Shown: piece after piece, positions 37,754 to 47,595 of the stretch
Numbering within the stretch: the stretch's first letter is position 1
Layout of the letters: each line of letters opens with the position of its first letter
Assembly: GCA_963578725.1 (NCBI GenBank)
Contig: CAUZDS010000010.1
Coordinates: forward strand, 15,686-79,685
DNA from: Vicinamibacteria bacterium
GTDB taxonomy: Bacteria > Acidobacteriota > Vicinamibacteria > Vicinamibacterales > UBA8438
Direction of reading: 5' to 3'
Length of the DNA stretch: 64,000 nucleotides
Translations under genes and position numbers: made by a program
Notes under the pieces: model-generated
Database searches by the model: none
Told to the model about the DNA's origin: nothing
The model's input: only the letters and a program-made list of their open reading frames with translations

Positions 37754-39636
37754 CGGTCGTCCACCACCGGGAGATCCGTCACGAACGTCCACCCGTCGGA
37801 GGTGAGACGGTACTTCGAGAGTTTCTTCCCGGGGAAGCCCTCTGCGCCGGTGTAGCGTCCGTGTGTGAAGAAGACGTTCTCCCGCTCCTGGCCATCGCGT
37901 AGATCCTCGACGGGTAGACCGGGCAGGTCGTCGGTGGGGAGGTCGAAATGCCTCAGTATGGTTGGCGCGATGTCGATCATCTGCACCGGCACGTCACGAT
38001 CGCGGCCACCCACGGCGTGCGGCGGCTTGACCAGCAGTAGCCCGGATGAAGACACCTCGACAGCGATACTGCGCCATTGGGCGCTGTCTCCGTAACGGAG
38101 CTCCTCCCAATTCGCGTCATTCAGATACCAGTGATCGACCGGTTGATACGTTTCTGCGGTGGGATCGAGGGCGAACGAGAGGTCGAGGCCAGGAATCGTC
38201 TCTCTGAGCAACGCGTGGTCACCGTGATCCGCCTGCACGATGATGAGCGCGTCGGCGTAGTGACCGACCTCTTTCAATCGGTTCGTCAGCATCGTGATCA
38301 TCTTCATGGCGCATGTGGCAAACGCCATGTACCTCCCGGCATTCGGGTCGACTGAGAAGATCTCTTCTCTCAGCGACGTGGCAGCGGGCACCGCCTCGGG
38401 TTCTTCGAACCGACAATCTTCATCGAGTGAATACGGCCCATGCGGGATCATCCCATGATAGAAGACGTACTGGCCGTTTGCCGGCCGGCGACGCTCTTCC
38501 GCCAGCAACTGGTTGAACTGCGCAAAACCGAACACCTGGTTGACCACCAGGCGACGCACCCGCTCTAGCAGCGCCCCGGCGCGCAGCGTGATGCCCTGAC
38601 CCCACAGCGCCGTGATCGAAAACCCGGTTGTCTCTTCGGTTCCGACGAACGGCTGGCCGGTAGTGAGCGCCGGGCCATTGAGGATGCGCCGGACCGAGTT
38701 GGGCACGATGCTCAAGAACCACAGGTCGATCACCGTCGCTGACAAAATGGTGTCCGTCGTGACCGCGGGATGGACCGCCGATAGACAGTCGTACGCCTTC
38801 TCGAGACAGAAGTACGGGGCATACGGATAGAGCGAGAGCGTCGCCCCGGCGCTGGCCAACCGATCCCAGAAGCCTTCGGCCGGCGCCGCATAGTGCCATT
38901 CACGGAACGACCCGTTCGGCTCCAAAAAGCGCCCGCGGAGCATCGCCGGCAGGGCCGTTGCCGTTTGCGAGTAGTTCGTATTGAATCGCCGATAGTAGTC
39001 GAATTCGAACTCGAGATCGGGCAACCGGTCGCGCAAGTGCTCGAAGGTTTCGCTTTGAAACGCATCCAGAACGAGGTGATAGACATTCCCCTGGGGCAGG
39101 GAGCTCGCGGGGGGACGATAGACGCGTGGCGTCTGCTGTTTCACAAGGCTCGGCGGAAGATGCCGGACGAAGCTGTAATGACCAACCACCCCGTGGCTGA
39201 CAATCAGAATCGCGGTGACCGCCCCGACGGTCGCCAGGTGGGCGAACCGGACGCGCGCCAGACCGAACCCGAGCGCCGTCAGCACGACCACCTCGATCGG
39301 GATCGCCAGAGCGACCGGGACCGTGGGGTTGTCGAGCCACGGGCGCACCGCATCGAAGACCAGCACCGTCAACGCGGCGAGAATCGCACACCGGGACAGC
39401 ACCCTGGCCGCACGAGACCGGTCTGCCGACAGAAACACCGTGGCGAGCAGCACCCAGCTCCCGAGGAAGGCGGTGAAGAACGCCGCGGTCAGATTCCAGT
39501 GATAAAGCAGATCCGCACTATTACGAAAGACGACGTTGTTGAAGGCGGCAACGAACACGACCGCGGGCGCCACGGCCGCGGCAGCGACACGGGTCGTGGC
39601 CCAGACGATCAGTGGTCGAACTGAAGTCGTTGACAT
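37750..39636 (-). CDS. Membrane-anchored sulfatase-like (alkaline-phosphatase superfamily) hydrolase/transferase, LtaS/EptA/OpgB-type architecture
   Basis: 628 aa. About 5 N-terminal TM segments followed by a soluble domain with NVYHLVLDAFQS, YHGMIPHGPY and IIVQADHGDH, typical of sulfatase-fold phosphotransferases. Confidence 0.8.
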   Translation of the reverse strand: MSTTSVRPLIVWATTRVAAAAVAPAVVFVAAFNNVVFRNSADLLYHWNLTAAFFTAFLGSWVLLATVFLSADRSRAARVLSRCAILAALTVLVFDAVRPWLDNPTVPVALAIPIEVVVLTALGFGLARVRFAHLATVGAVTAILIVSHGVVGHYSFVRHLPPSLVKQQTPRVYRPPASSLPQGNVYHLVLDAFQSETFEHLRDRLPDLEFEFDYYRRFNTNYSQTATALPAMLRGRFLEPNGSFREWHYAAPAEGFWDRLASAGATLSLYPYAPYFCLEKAYDCLSAVHPAVTTDTILSATVIDLWFLSIVPNSVRRILNGPALTTGQPFVGTEETTGFSITALWGQGITLRAGALLERVRRLVVNQVFGFAQFNQLLAEERRRPANGQYVFYHGMIPHGPYSLDEDCRFEEPEAVPAATSLREEIFSVDPNAGRYMAFATCAMKMITMLTNRLKEVGHYADALIIVQADHGDHALLRETIPGLDLSFALDPTAETYQPVDHWYLNDANWEELRYGDSAQWRSIAVEVSSSGLLLVKPPHAVGGRDRDVPVQMIDIAPTILRHFDLPTDDLPGLPVEDLRDGQERENVFFTHGRYTGAEGFPGKKLSKYRLTSDGWTFVTDLPVVDDR

Positions 39637-39678
39637 CGTTTATCCCGCGGGCCGAGCCTGGGTCACCACGGCCACCGG

Positions 39679-39909
39679 CTAGTCAGCGTTACTGCCGCCT
39701 CTGCCGACGATGCGGGATACCAGGGTCCGAATCTTGCTCCAAAACATCTTGCCCGTGAGGGCAACGACGGACGTCAGGGCAAGCAACAGCTGAACCAGCA
39801 GACCTCCGGCACCCGGGTCCAGATAGGCGTGCAACTCGGCTGTGGCCACGGTGGCGACGAATACGAGCGTGGTGACGACCACGGTGCCGCGGGTGGACAT
39901 CTCCTTCAT
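39679..39909 (-). CDS. Small membrane protein (~76 aa) with YLDPGAGG motif
   Basis: C-terminal part of ORF 39679..40194 lying downstream of the methyltransferase stop. ATG 39909 is preceded by GAGGAA at ~7 nt. Two hydrophobic segments. Alternative starts at 39924 and 39900. Confidence 0.45.
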   Translation of the reverse strand: MKEMSTRGTVVVTTLVFVATVATAELHAYLDPGAGGLLVQLLLALTSVVALTGKMFWSKIRTLVSRIVGRGGSNAD

Positions 39910-39941
39910 CGGTACGTTCCTCATCTGTTGCACGCGTGAAC

Positions 39942-40739
39942 CTACCCTTCGGCTTTTCGGGGGCGTGCCAGGACGAACACTGCCATCCACGCTTGCCACC
40001 GCAGCCACGGAATCCGCAGCAGCACGCGATCCACCGCTTCGAGCGTCGCGCGGATGACGGGAAACACGCGTGTACGCCTGAAGACCACGGCGGCGATGGT
40101 CGCCAGATGAAAGAACCGAGCCACTTCCACGCGGTCGAAGAAACGCCGTGCTTGATCGATGTCGGGCTTTCCCAGAATGTGCCCGATCTCCCATGCCGAC
40201 CGCAGACGGGGCGTCAACCGGCGGTACGTGTGAATCAGCAGGTTGTGGCGCAAGGCCTCCGTACAGATGATCTCACCTTCCGGTTTGAGTACCCGCGAGA
40301 GCTCCCGGTACGCCCTGGGTAAATCGAGATGATGCAGGACCCCATTGACTACGATGACATCGAACATGTCGTCGGCGAACGTCGTGTTCTCAGCATCCAT
40401 GACCTCGAATGTTGTCTGCTTGTCGACGCCGGCGGCGCGTGCCGCGCGCCTGGCGTTCTCGATCGACACTGGTGAGATGTCGATGCCCCAGGCCTGACCT
40501 CCAGCGGTCGCGCAGAACTGCGCCATCTGGCCGTCGCCGCAGCAGTAGTCGAGGACGGTCGCGCCGGAACAACGGTGTCGTAGCCAGCGCTCTACGAACG
40601 CGATGTTGCTCCCGGCGATGGCGTAGAACTTCTTGTTGCTCGTGTAGAGCTCATTATGTTTGAGCTCACCGCGAAGCGCGTCATGCAGTTCGCGCTCTCG
40701 CTCCAACCTGTCGCTTGCCTGTGGCGCACGTTGCTCCAT
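39942..40739 (-). CDS. Class I SAM-dependent methyltransferase
   Basis: 265 aa. Motif I VLDYCCGDGQ, then FDVIVVNGVLHHL and LKPEGEII. Confidence 0.85.
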   Translation of the reverse strand: MEQRAPQASDRLERERELHDALRGELKHNELYTSNKKFYAIAGSNIAFVERWLRHRCSGATVLDYCCGDGQMAQFCATAGGQAWGIDISPVSIENARRAARAAGVDKQTTFEVMDAENTTFADDMFDVIVVNGVLHHLDLPRAYRELSRVLKPEGEIICTEALRHNLLIHTYRRLTPRLRSAWEIGHILGKPDIDQARRFFDRVEVARFFHLATIAAVVFRRTRVFPVIRATLEAVDRVLLRIPWLRWQAWMAVFVLARPRKAEG

Positions 40740-40758
40740 CTATTTAGCTTGCCTGGAA

Positions 40759-41823
40759 TTATTTACCTTCTGTCGAGGCGGTCCTTGCGCGTGTGCTCCC
40801 TGCTGGGCGTAGGAATCGAGAACGGATAACGCCACTGATCACCCCCCACAGGCTGCCGAGTCCGTACGCGACATGCAGGCTTGTAAACATCACTGGCATC
40901 ACGAGCAGATACCGGAGGTCCCTCCGCTGCACCGCGACGTCGGCGGACGCCAGCAGGCTTAGCACGCCGTAGGCACCCAGGATGGCCACGAGCCCCCACC
41001 ACGCCACCGGAAGGAAGCTGCCGAGAACCGCCATCGCGCACACGGCGACAACGAACGCCAACGGTACCAGGTGCCGCCACGAGACGGGCATGATCGGGCT
41101 GTTAAAAAATGGCAGTATCGCCCACACGCCATTCCCCCAATTGTGGCGGCAGAACGAACCATACTCCGCCCGGGCGTAATAGTAGCTGACGATGTCCGGT
41201 ACGAGGAGCGTGCGGCCGCCAGCCTTCTTAAGGCGCAGGTTGAATTCCATGTCCTGGCCGCGCGCCAGGGCCTCGTTGAACAGACCGACCCGAGCGAACA
41301 CATCGCGTCGGTAACAGCCGCCAAACACCGTATCCACCCAGCGTGGCTCAGTCGAGTGCACCCGGAAATGCGAGTTCCCCACCCCGAATCGGTGGGACAG
41401 GCTGCTGACGATGGCCCAGCCCAACAGACTCTTCTGTCGCGGAAGCGTGTGCATGTTGCCGCCGACATTGTCAGCGCCATACGTCTGAAGGGCTTCGACC
41501 GACCGCGATACGTACCGAGCGTCGATGAGCGCGTGAGCATCCATGCGCAGGATCATGCTGCCCTGGGCGACGGTGATAGCGGTATTCAGCGCGGCGGGCG
41601 TTATCCCTTTTGGATTGTCGAGCAGCTTGATGCGCGCGTCCCGGGCCGCATAGTCACGGATGATCGCGCCGGTGCCATCCGCGCTGCGGCCGTCCACTAC
41701 CAGGATCTCGAGGCGCTCGCTCGGATAGTCGCTCGCCAGTACGGAGTCCAGACACGCACCGATGAACGGCGCTTCGTTGCGGCACGGGATCACTACCGAG
41801 ACGAACGGGACTGTCGATGTCAT
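40759..41823 (-). CDS. Family 2 glycosyltransferase with C-terminal TM segments
   Basis: VSVVIPCRNEAPFIGACLDSVLASDYP, and MDAHA (DxH/DxD position). C-terminal hydrophobic helices. Confidence 0.9.
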   Translation of the reverse strand: MTSTVPFVSVVIPCRNEAPFIGACLDSVLASDYPSERLEILVVDGRSADGTGAIIRDYAARDARIKLLDNPKGITPAALNTAITVAQGSMILRMDAHALIDARYVSRSVEALQTYGADNVGGNMHTLPRQKSLLGWAIVSSLSHRFGVGNSHFRVHSTEPRWVDTVFGGCYRRDVFARVGLFNEALARGQDMEFNLRLKKAGGRTLLVPDIVSYYYARAEYGSFCRHNWGNGVWAILPFFNSPIMPVSWRHLVPLAFVVAVCAMAVLGSFLPVAWWGLVAILGAYGVLSLLASADVAVQRRDLRYLLVMPVMFTSLHVAYGLGSLWGVISGVIRSRFLRPAGSTRARTASTEGK

Positions 41824-43184
41824 GACATCTCAGACCGTGGTAGACGGTCTTCGGACCAGGAGTGGACGACATCGCGAGCGGTGAAGTAATCGGGGCGGAT
41901 GCCGGGACGCACGAGTTGCCAGAGGTTGGCGCGCGCCGCAGCGCCACGAATGAGACTGCCAATAGCGCGCCGTCGATGAACGCCATTGAATATCTTCAGC
42001 AATCCCATCAGCGACCGCCGCCCTGGCTGACCGCGCTTCGCCAGCCGCGCGAGGTGAGCCGCGGTCCGCTGGACGCCGTCCAGTCCAGACTCAGCGTGGC
42101 CCGCCAGGGCGGCGACCGGCGAGACCGGGTCCGTTGTCCGGTGCGTCACTGCCGCTAGCAAGCCCTCGAAGGTTTGCACACGGGGCAGTTCTTCGAGCCA
42201 GTCGACTCGAAGGAACCATGGATACGGTTCTGGCTCCAGAAGAAACGCCGGCTTTCCAACGGCGTTACCATCGAGCGCGAGCGAGCTGAAGTTGGTGAAG
42301 CACGCTTCGCTGGCTGCGAGCCACTCGTGGGCATTTCCGGCCTTGCAGATGTGTACACAGTCTGGAACTTGTCCCACGAGCTCGCGGAAGCGGTCCTCAT
42401 ATTGGTGAATCGCGATCGCGGGATGCGGTCGCAGCACGATGACGAAGTCGCGGGCGTCGGGCGCATCGTTGAGACTCGCCAGCCAGCGGAAGATCTGATT
42501 GATCGTCCGGCGTACATACGCCGCATGTTCCAGCACTGTCGACTCTTCCGAACCGACGCCGATGCGGCTCCGAACGTGGTACTCACCGAAGAACCCCATG
42601 TGGCACGTCATGGGGAAGAACAACCAGCGCTTGTCGAGGGGTAGCCCAGTCGTGTCGGCGAGGTAGCGCCGAATCGAGGCTACATCGCCGTCGACTTTTC
42701 GCCGAAGCAACGCCAGCGACGGTTTACCGGTGAGCTCGATGTGCGTTGGCTCAACGCCGCAGGAGACCAAGAAGTTACGATAGTCAGCGCCCCAGCTGAC
42801 GTGATGCACGCGGGTCTTCGTGAGATGGTCCCGCGGCGGCCGGAAGCTCTTGTTGATCGGACTCAACACTTGCTCCCAGTTCATGCACGCGTATGTTATC
42901 GAGCGTCCGTAGACGGAGTTGAAGATCGCGTGGATGAACTCGGGGCCGTGCGACTCCGACTTCGACGGGGCTATTCCGGTGGATACCACGACCCGCGGCC
43001 GAATGAAGGCTGCGCTGACTACCGGACTATAGAGCGTCGAAGCGACGGCAACGGATAACCGGTACCGCTCGCGCAATACCCGAGTGACGGCCGCGATGAC
43101 CTCGAGCTCGCGATCGCGATGTTCCACGAAGAACATCACGTCGACGACGCTGCCGTCCCTATACATGGTCGATCGCCGTGTCAC
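41820..43184 (-). CDS. Uncharacterised polysaccharide-locus protein (454 aa), possibly a GT-B/capsule-type transferase
   Basis: Long ORF with the operon's codon bias. 4-nt overlap with the GT2 start. No catalytic motif I can name. The N-terminus (VDVMFFVEHRDRELEV...) vaguely recalls 'surface carbohydrate biosynthesis' proteins. Confidence 0.65.
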   Translation of the reverse strand: MTRRSTMYRDGSVVDVMFFVEHRDRELEVIAAVTRVLRERYRLSVAVASTLYSPVVSAAFIRPRVVVSTGIAPSKSESHGPEFIHAIFNSVYGRSITYACMNWEQVLSPINKSFRPPRDHLTKTRVHHVSWGADYRNFLVSCGVEPTHIELTGKPSLALLRRKVDGDVASIRRYLADTTGLPLDKRWLFFPMTCHMGFFGEYHVRSRIGVGSEESTVLEHAAYVRRTINQIFRWLASLNDAPDARDFVIVLRPHPAIAIHQYEDRFRELVGQVPDCVHICKAGNAHEWLAASEACFTNFSSLALDGNAVGKPAFLLEPEPYPWFLRVDWLEELPRVQTFEGLLAAVTHRTTDPVSPVAALAGHAESGLDGVQRTAAHLARLAKRGQPGRRSLMGLLKIFNGVHRRRAIGSLIRGAAARANLWQLVRPGIRPDYFTARDVVHSWSEDRLPRSEMS

Positions 43185-43697
43185 GAACGTATGCTTTGAC
43201 CACCCGTGCCGGCGACCCGGCGATCAGCACCTGGCCCGCGTCGAACGCGCGGTTGCAGACGGACCCGGCGCCGACCACTGACGCTGCGCGGATATGGGTC
43301 CCGATCAGCAGTGTGCTGTGGCCGCCAACCCAGGAGTTGGCCTCGATAACGATTGCTCCGGTCGTACCTGGACCCTTAAAGTTGGTGCCGTTGAACGTGT
43401 GGTTGCTGGATGCCAGCAGGCACAGCGGACCGAAGATAACGTTGTCGCCAATCAGGATCGGACCACCACCGAGCACGACACACCCATTCGCGAGATACAC
43501 GCCGTCGCCCAGCTCGAGCGTCTCGATGGCCGTCAGGACGACATCGTGAGCTACTTCGAGCCTACGGCCGCACTTCCGCATGCCGAACGAGTAGAGCCAG
43601 CCACGGAACCGCATCAGTGGCGGCGCGTCGGGGAGCCAGCCCGTAGCCGTCCTGACGAGCCACGTGTAGATCAGCAGCGGGTAGTGGGTTCGGCGCT
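43159..43697 (-). CDS. Left-handed beta-helix (hexapeptide-repeat) acyl/acetyltransferase
   Basis: The C-terminal part of ORF 43159..45165 has hexapeptide repeats (IGDNVIFGPLCLL...IEANSWVGGHSTLLIGTHIRAASVVGAGSV). The upstream two-thirds of that ORF is an R-rich artefact antisense-frame to the Wzy-like gene. Start tentatively GTG 43697. Confidence 0.7.
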
Positions 43698-43832
43698 CTG
43701 GAATCACAACCTGGTTTCGTGAACCACCGATGACGGCGCGGGCATCGTGCCCCGGTATTTCACGCCGCTCCGCTCCGCTAGGTCCCGCTGAAGTCGAGTC
43801 AAGGTACGCCGGAGACGCAGCACCCCGTGTAG

Positions 43833-45122
43833 TCAGCGCGATCGTGCACCGACGGCGTCGCCACGGCACGGGTAGGCAAGCACCGGCAACAGGATGAAGG
43901 GCCAGGCGACCGCAGACAGTGTCAAACCCGAGAACGACGGCGTGATCGCGATGTTGCTGAACAGCATGACGAGAATGACGAACGTCGCGATCGGAGTTGT
44001 GCCCTTGGTTGAGAGGCACCGCCATAGTGCCGTCAGGGCGATGAAACAGAACCCGACGAAACCGACCAGGCCCATCTCGTAGAAGATGGTCGCGAAATGG
44101 CTTTCGCTGGGTTTCCAGATGTCCGGCACTGGCTCGTCGCCCAGCAGCACCTCGGACACGCGGCTGGCAGTTCCGAGGCCGTGGCCGAACAGCAACTCGC
44201 GCGGGCTTCCGGTCACGAGTAGGTCGGTGTAGTAGGGAAGACGGTCCTCCAACGGATTGCCCACATACAGTCCGCCGACCAACGGGAGGTTCTCCAGCCC
44301 TGGGCCTACGCCCTGGGCCGTCCAGACACCGGAGATCCCGATCGCACACAGGAGCAGGAGCGCCGCGGCACGTAGGAACGACCGCTTGGCGACCAGGCAG
44401 CCGTAGGCGGAGAGCGCCATCAGCGTCGCGAACACGAATGCCGCGCTCCCGGACACCCCACCCGCCACGACTATCGGGAGCCACAGCAGCAGTCTCGCTG
44501 TTCTCGTCCTGGCCGCCAGCGCGACACACACACCCGCTATCGCCATGTAGATGCCGAGATTCTGGGGACTCCCGATCAATCCGGTGGCACGTTTGGTGAA
44601 ACCCTGGGCGATCAAATCTGCGCTCGTGTAGGGCCGGGGTGGCATGATCCCGAGTAAATCTGGGCTCCAGAAATACTGAAAGATGGCAATCACGGCCGTC
44701 GCGGCGCCCAGCCACATGTGCAGCCTGGCGTACTGCCGTATCGCGGACCAATGGTCGTGCTCGCGTGCGAGACACAGCAGCCACACGGCCACGTACGCAT
44801 AGGCGCCAACGAACCCGGCAACAGCGATACGCCAGTCGACGAATGCGACCGCGATCATGACCGACACGAGACCCGCGGCGAAAAACGGCAGCATCGGCAG
44901 CATGCCTGCCCGCAACCGCGGGTGGCTCACCGCCGCCAGGACGTTCACGCCGAACACGACCCCGGCAAGCACATAGAGCCATGCGGCAGAGGAAACGTAC
45001 CGAAGCAGGGCGTTGAACACGATGCCGGACACGAGCACCGTCATGGCAACGCGGTTGAAACGGACAAGCATGTCTATCGGAGCCGGGATTGAGCCGTCGC
45101 AGCTGTGTGAAACGACAATCAC
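43833..45122 (-). CDS. O-antigen polymerase/ligase-like polytopic membrane protein (Wzy-like)
   Basis: 429 aa with about 10-12 TM segments and a large loop with LLFGHGLGTASRV. Second member of this type in the locus. Confidence 0.7.
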   Translation of the reverse strand: MIVVSHSCDGSIPAPIDMLVRFNRVAMTVLVSGIVFNALLRYVSSAAWLYVLAGVVFGVNVLAAVSHPRLRAGMLPMLPFFAAGLVSVMIAVAFVDWRIAVAGFVGAYAYVAVWLLCLAREHDHWSAIRQYARLHMWLGAATAVIAIFQYFWSPDLLGIMPPRPYTSADLIAQGFTKRATGLIGSPQNLGIYMAIAGVCVALAARTRTARLLLWLPIVVAGGVSGSAAFVFATLMALSAYGCLVAKRSFLRAAALLLLCAIGISGVWTAQGVGPGLENLPLVGGLYVGNPLEDRLPYYTDLLVTGSPRELLFGHGLGTASRVSEVLLGDEPVPDIWKPSESHFATIFYEMGLVGFVGFCFIALTALWRCLSTKGTTPIATFVILVMLFSNIAITPSFSGLTLSAVAWPFILLPVLAYPCRGDAVGARSR

Positions 45123-45189
45123 TCGCGACGGCGGTGCCTGGCGACCGACTCTGGCCGAGTGTCACTAGCCGGGTCAGGCAGCAACCGAC

Positions 45190-46116
45190 CTACATCTTCC
45201 CCACATACGGATGATTAGTGGCCTTACGCCGCACAAGATAGTGCCCCCAGAGGTAGACCCGCACTACCAGTTTCCATAGCCATGGGCTTCGCCTGAGACC
45301 CGGCTCGAGTCGCCGACGAAGGGTGCGCAGCCGCGGGTCTGACACACCGGCGGTCTCGTGCCGCCATGGCGGCGAGACGTTGCCTTGCAGTGGTATCACT
45401 TCGGCCGTGGAGTCGGGACCCTTCTTCGCCACGACAATCGTGGCCCAAGCCTTGCGAGACCACAGCCAGGCGAACGGGGCGATCGGCGTACCGTACTCGT
45501 GCCGATACAGATGCCACTTGTCCATCGTTGCAAACGGCCGGATATGCTCAATGAGCCAGACGTCGCATCGCTCGAACCTGTTGACGGCGTAGTAGTCGAT
45601 GAAAAAGATCGGACTGAGCTGATGGTAGCCGTGATCGATGTAATTCGATGTGGGCGCGAAATGCATCACGGTTCCGCTCGAGTTGGCCAGGAGATTGATG
45701 TTTCGCAGTGCGGCGTGGACGTCATGAACGTGCTCGATGGTGCCGCTATCGATCACCGTATCGAAGCAGCCCAGTAGGTCGGAGGGCAGCGGTTTGTTCA
45801 AGTCACAGATCACGTCGGCACCCTCGTAGTCGGATACGTCAAGCGAAACCAACGTCTCGACGCCGAGCAGCTTGAAAAAGACCACGTCGCTCGTGTTGCT
45901 CGAATTCGGCGTGTCCTTCCAGGAGGGGATGTTCGTGCGAAGGTCCTGTTCCTCAGGAAGCGGATGCGGGTCCCATCCCTCTTCGCGCATCATCGTGATC
46001 ACCCGATCGTAGGTGGCGACCACGCGATTGCGTCCGAGCGTGCAGACGGCGGCCCCCAGCGGCCGGTGCCGGTGTTGACGAACGATGAACCGAAGCGCCG
46101 AGAGAGAGAGACCCAT
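45190..46116 (-). CDS. Putative SAM-dependent methyltransferase-like protein
   Basis: 308 aa. TLGRN..., DLNKPLP...FDTVIDSGTIEHVHD resembles divergent class I methyltransferases seen in O-antigen loci. No canonical GxGxG motif. Confidence 0.55.
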   Translation of the reverse strand: MGLSLSALRFIVRQHRHRPLGAAVCTLGRNRVVATYDRVITMMREEGWDPHPLPEEQDLRTNIPSWKDTPNSSNTSDVVFFKLLGVETLVSLDVSDYEGADVICDLNKPLPSDLLGCFDTVIDSGTIEHVHDVHAALRNINLLANSSGTVMHFAPTSNYIDHGYHQLSPIFFIDYYAVNRFERCDVWLIEHIRPFATMDKWHLYRHEYGTPIAPFAWLWSRKAWATIVVAKKGPDSTAEVIPLQGNVSPPWRHETAGVSDPRLRTLRRRLEPGLRRSPWLWKLVVRVYLWGHYLVRRKATNHPYVGKM

Positions 46117-47585
46117 CAGTCAAGCCCCTTCACGAACGACCGCTCCGCCAGCGACGCCGTTATCCGTGACGGGACACCCTGCAGCAGGACCAATACGACA
46201 CCGTACGTGAGCACCCCACCGATGACGGCGACGGCAAGTGCCCCCAACGTCTCAGCACCGGTCCGGAACGCGAGCAAATACACCACGGCCGCCATCACCG
46301 CACTTGCCGCCATGACCTTCAGCATGGTCTCTGAGGGAAACCGCCAGCGTAGAAATCGGCGGGAGACAACGATGACGCTCATAAGGGCTACGGCGTAGGA
46401 CGCCAGGGTCGTCCACGCCGCCGCCATGTAGCCGTGGGTCGGGACGAACAGCAGGTTCAGCACGAGATTAAGGCCCGCGGCCGGTACGAAACAGAACATC
46501 TGGATGTCCGACCGCTTGCGAACTCCCAACGCGTATGAATAGTTGTGGAGGAGTCCCCAAAGAAACGCGCCGACGGCCACCGGGGCGACGACGCGAGCGG
46601 CCAAGGCGTAGCCGTCAGGCAGAAGGAGGTTGACAATGAGCGTCGACAACACGCAGAGACCGATGGTGGCCGGCATCCCCACGATCAGATACAGCGATGT
46701 CAGATCAGTCAACAGTAGCCGAGTCTTCGTCTCGCCGTGCACTTCCCACGTCTGGAAGAGCAGCGGGCCACCGGCGAGCGCCATGATCGTGACCAGCTGG
46801 GACAAGCTGCGCTCGGTGAAATCGTAGGCGGCCGCGTATAACGCGACTTCCTCCGGCCCACGGAACGCGAGAAGTACGTACCGATCGGCAATGCTCAGCA
46901 CCATCACCAGCAACACCATCCCGACGGCCGGGACCCCGTAACGCATGATCTCCCGCGCGATGTGCGGGGTCACCCGGTCCGTGACCACTCGCCGGTACGG
47001 CACGGGTGCGGCGCACACGACGAACATCGCGAGCGTCACGAGCTGTGTCAGCAGCCAGCCCGCGAGGATCGCGACCGCCGTGGCGCCCAAGACCATGGTG
47101 AACAGGAGGCCCAGGGCCAGGCGGCCGACCGCCAGCCAGAGCCCGAGACCGAGGTACCAGTTCAAGGCCCGCGTCGCGCGTAGGAACGCTGTCATGAGCA
47201 GAATGAGCGACTCGGCAGCGAGAATGCCAGCCAGGAGCATGCCCGTCCCGCGGGGCAGCCAAGCAGGCCACACTGGCTGGGTCACGACGAGCAACCCGCA
47301 GGTCGCCGCGATGCCCCACACCGCCAGTTTGATCGTCGTGGTGTTGAACGGCTCTTGGTTGTTCTCGACGGCGTAGTGTGGCTGAAAGCGCAACACCGAC
47401 GGCGTGATCCATCCGACGGACACCGTGCTGAGGAGGCCGACCGTCGCCGTCGCGATGAGGTACTCCCCGAATTCCTGTTGCGACAACCATCGGCTGAGGA
47501 TCGGAATGCTGACCAGGTAACCAAGTGCCGTAACCGCTGCCCCAACGAAGTACTTGGCGCTATCGGTCAGAAACTGTCTGATCAC
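46116..47585 (-). CDS. Oligosaccharide-unit flippase (Wzx, MOP superfamily)
   Basis: 489 aa with about 12-14 TM segments. The N-terminal region (FLTDSAKYFVGAAVTALGYLVSIPILSRWLSQQEFGEY) is typical of polysaccharide-biosynthesis/Wzx proteins. Confidence 0.85.
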   Translation of the reverse strand: MIRQFLTDSAKYFVGAAVTALGYLVSIPILSRWLSQQEFGEYLIATATVGLLSTVSVGWITPSVLRFQPHYAVENNQEPFNTTTIKLAVWGIAATCGLLVVTQPVWPAWLPRGTGMLLAGILAAESLILLMTAFLRATRALNWYLGLGLWLAVGRLALGLLFTMVLGATAVAILAGWLLTQLVTLAMFVVCAAPVPYRRVVTDRVTPHIAREIMRYGVPAVGMVLLVMVLSIADRYVLLAFRGPEEVALYAAAYDFTERSLSQLVTIMALAGGPLLFQTWEVHGETKTRLLLTDLTSLYLIVGMPATIGLCVLSTLIVNLLLPDGYALAARVVAPVAVGAFLWGLLHNYSYALGVRKRSDIQMFCFVPAAGLNLVLNLLFVPTHGYMAAAWTTLASYAVALMSVIVVSRRFLRWRFPSETMLKVMAASAVMAAVVYLLAFRTGAETLGALAVAVIGGVLTYGVVLVLLQGVPSRITASLAERSFVKGLD

Positions 47586-47595
47586 GAAGGCTCGA

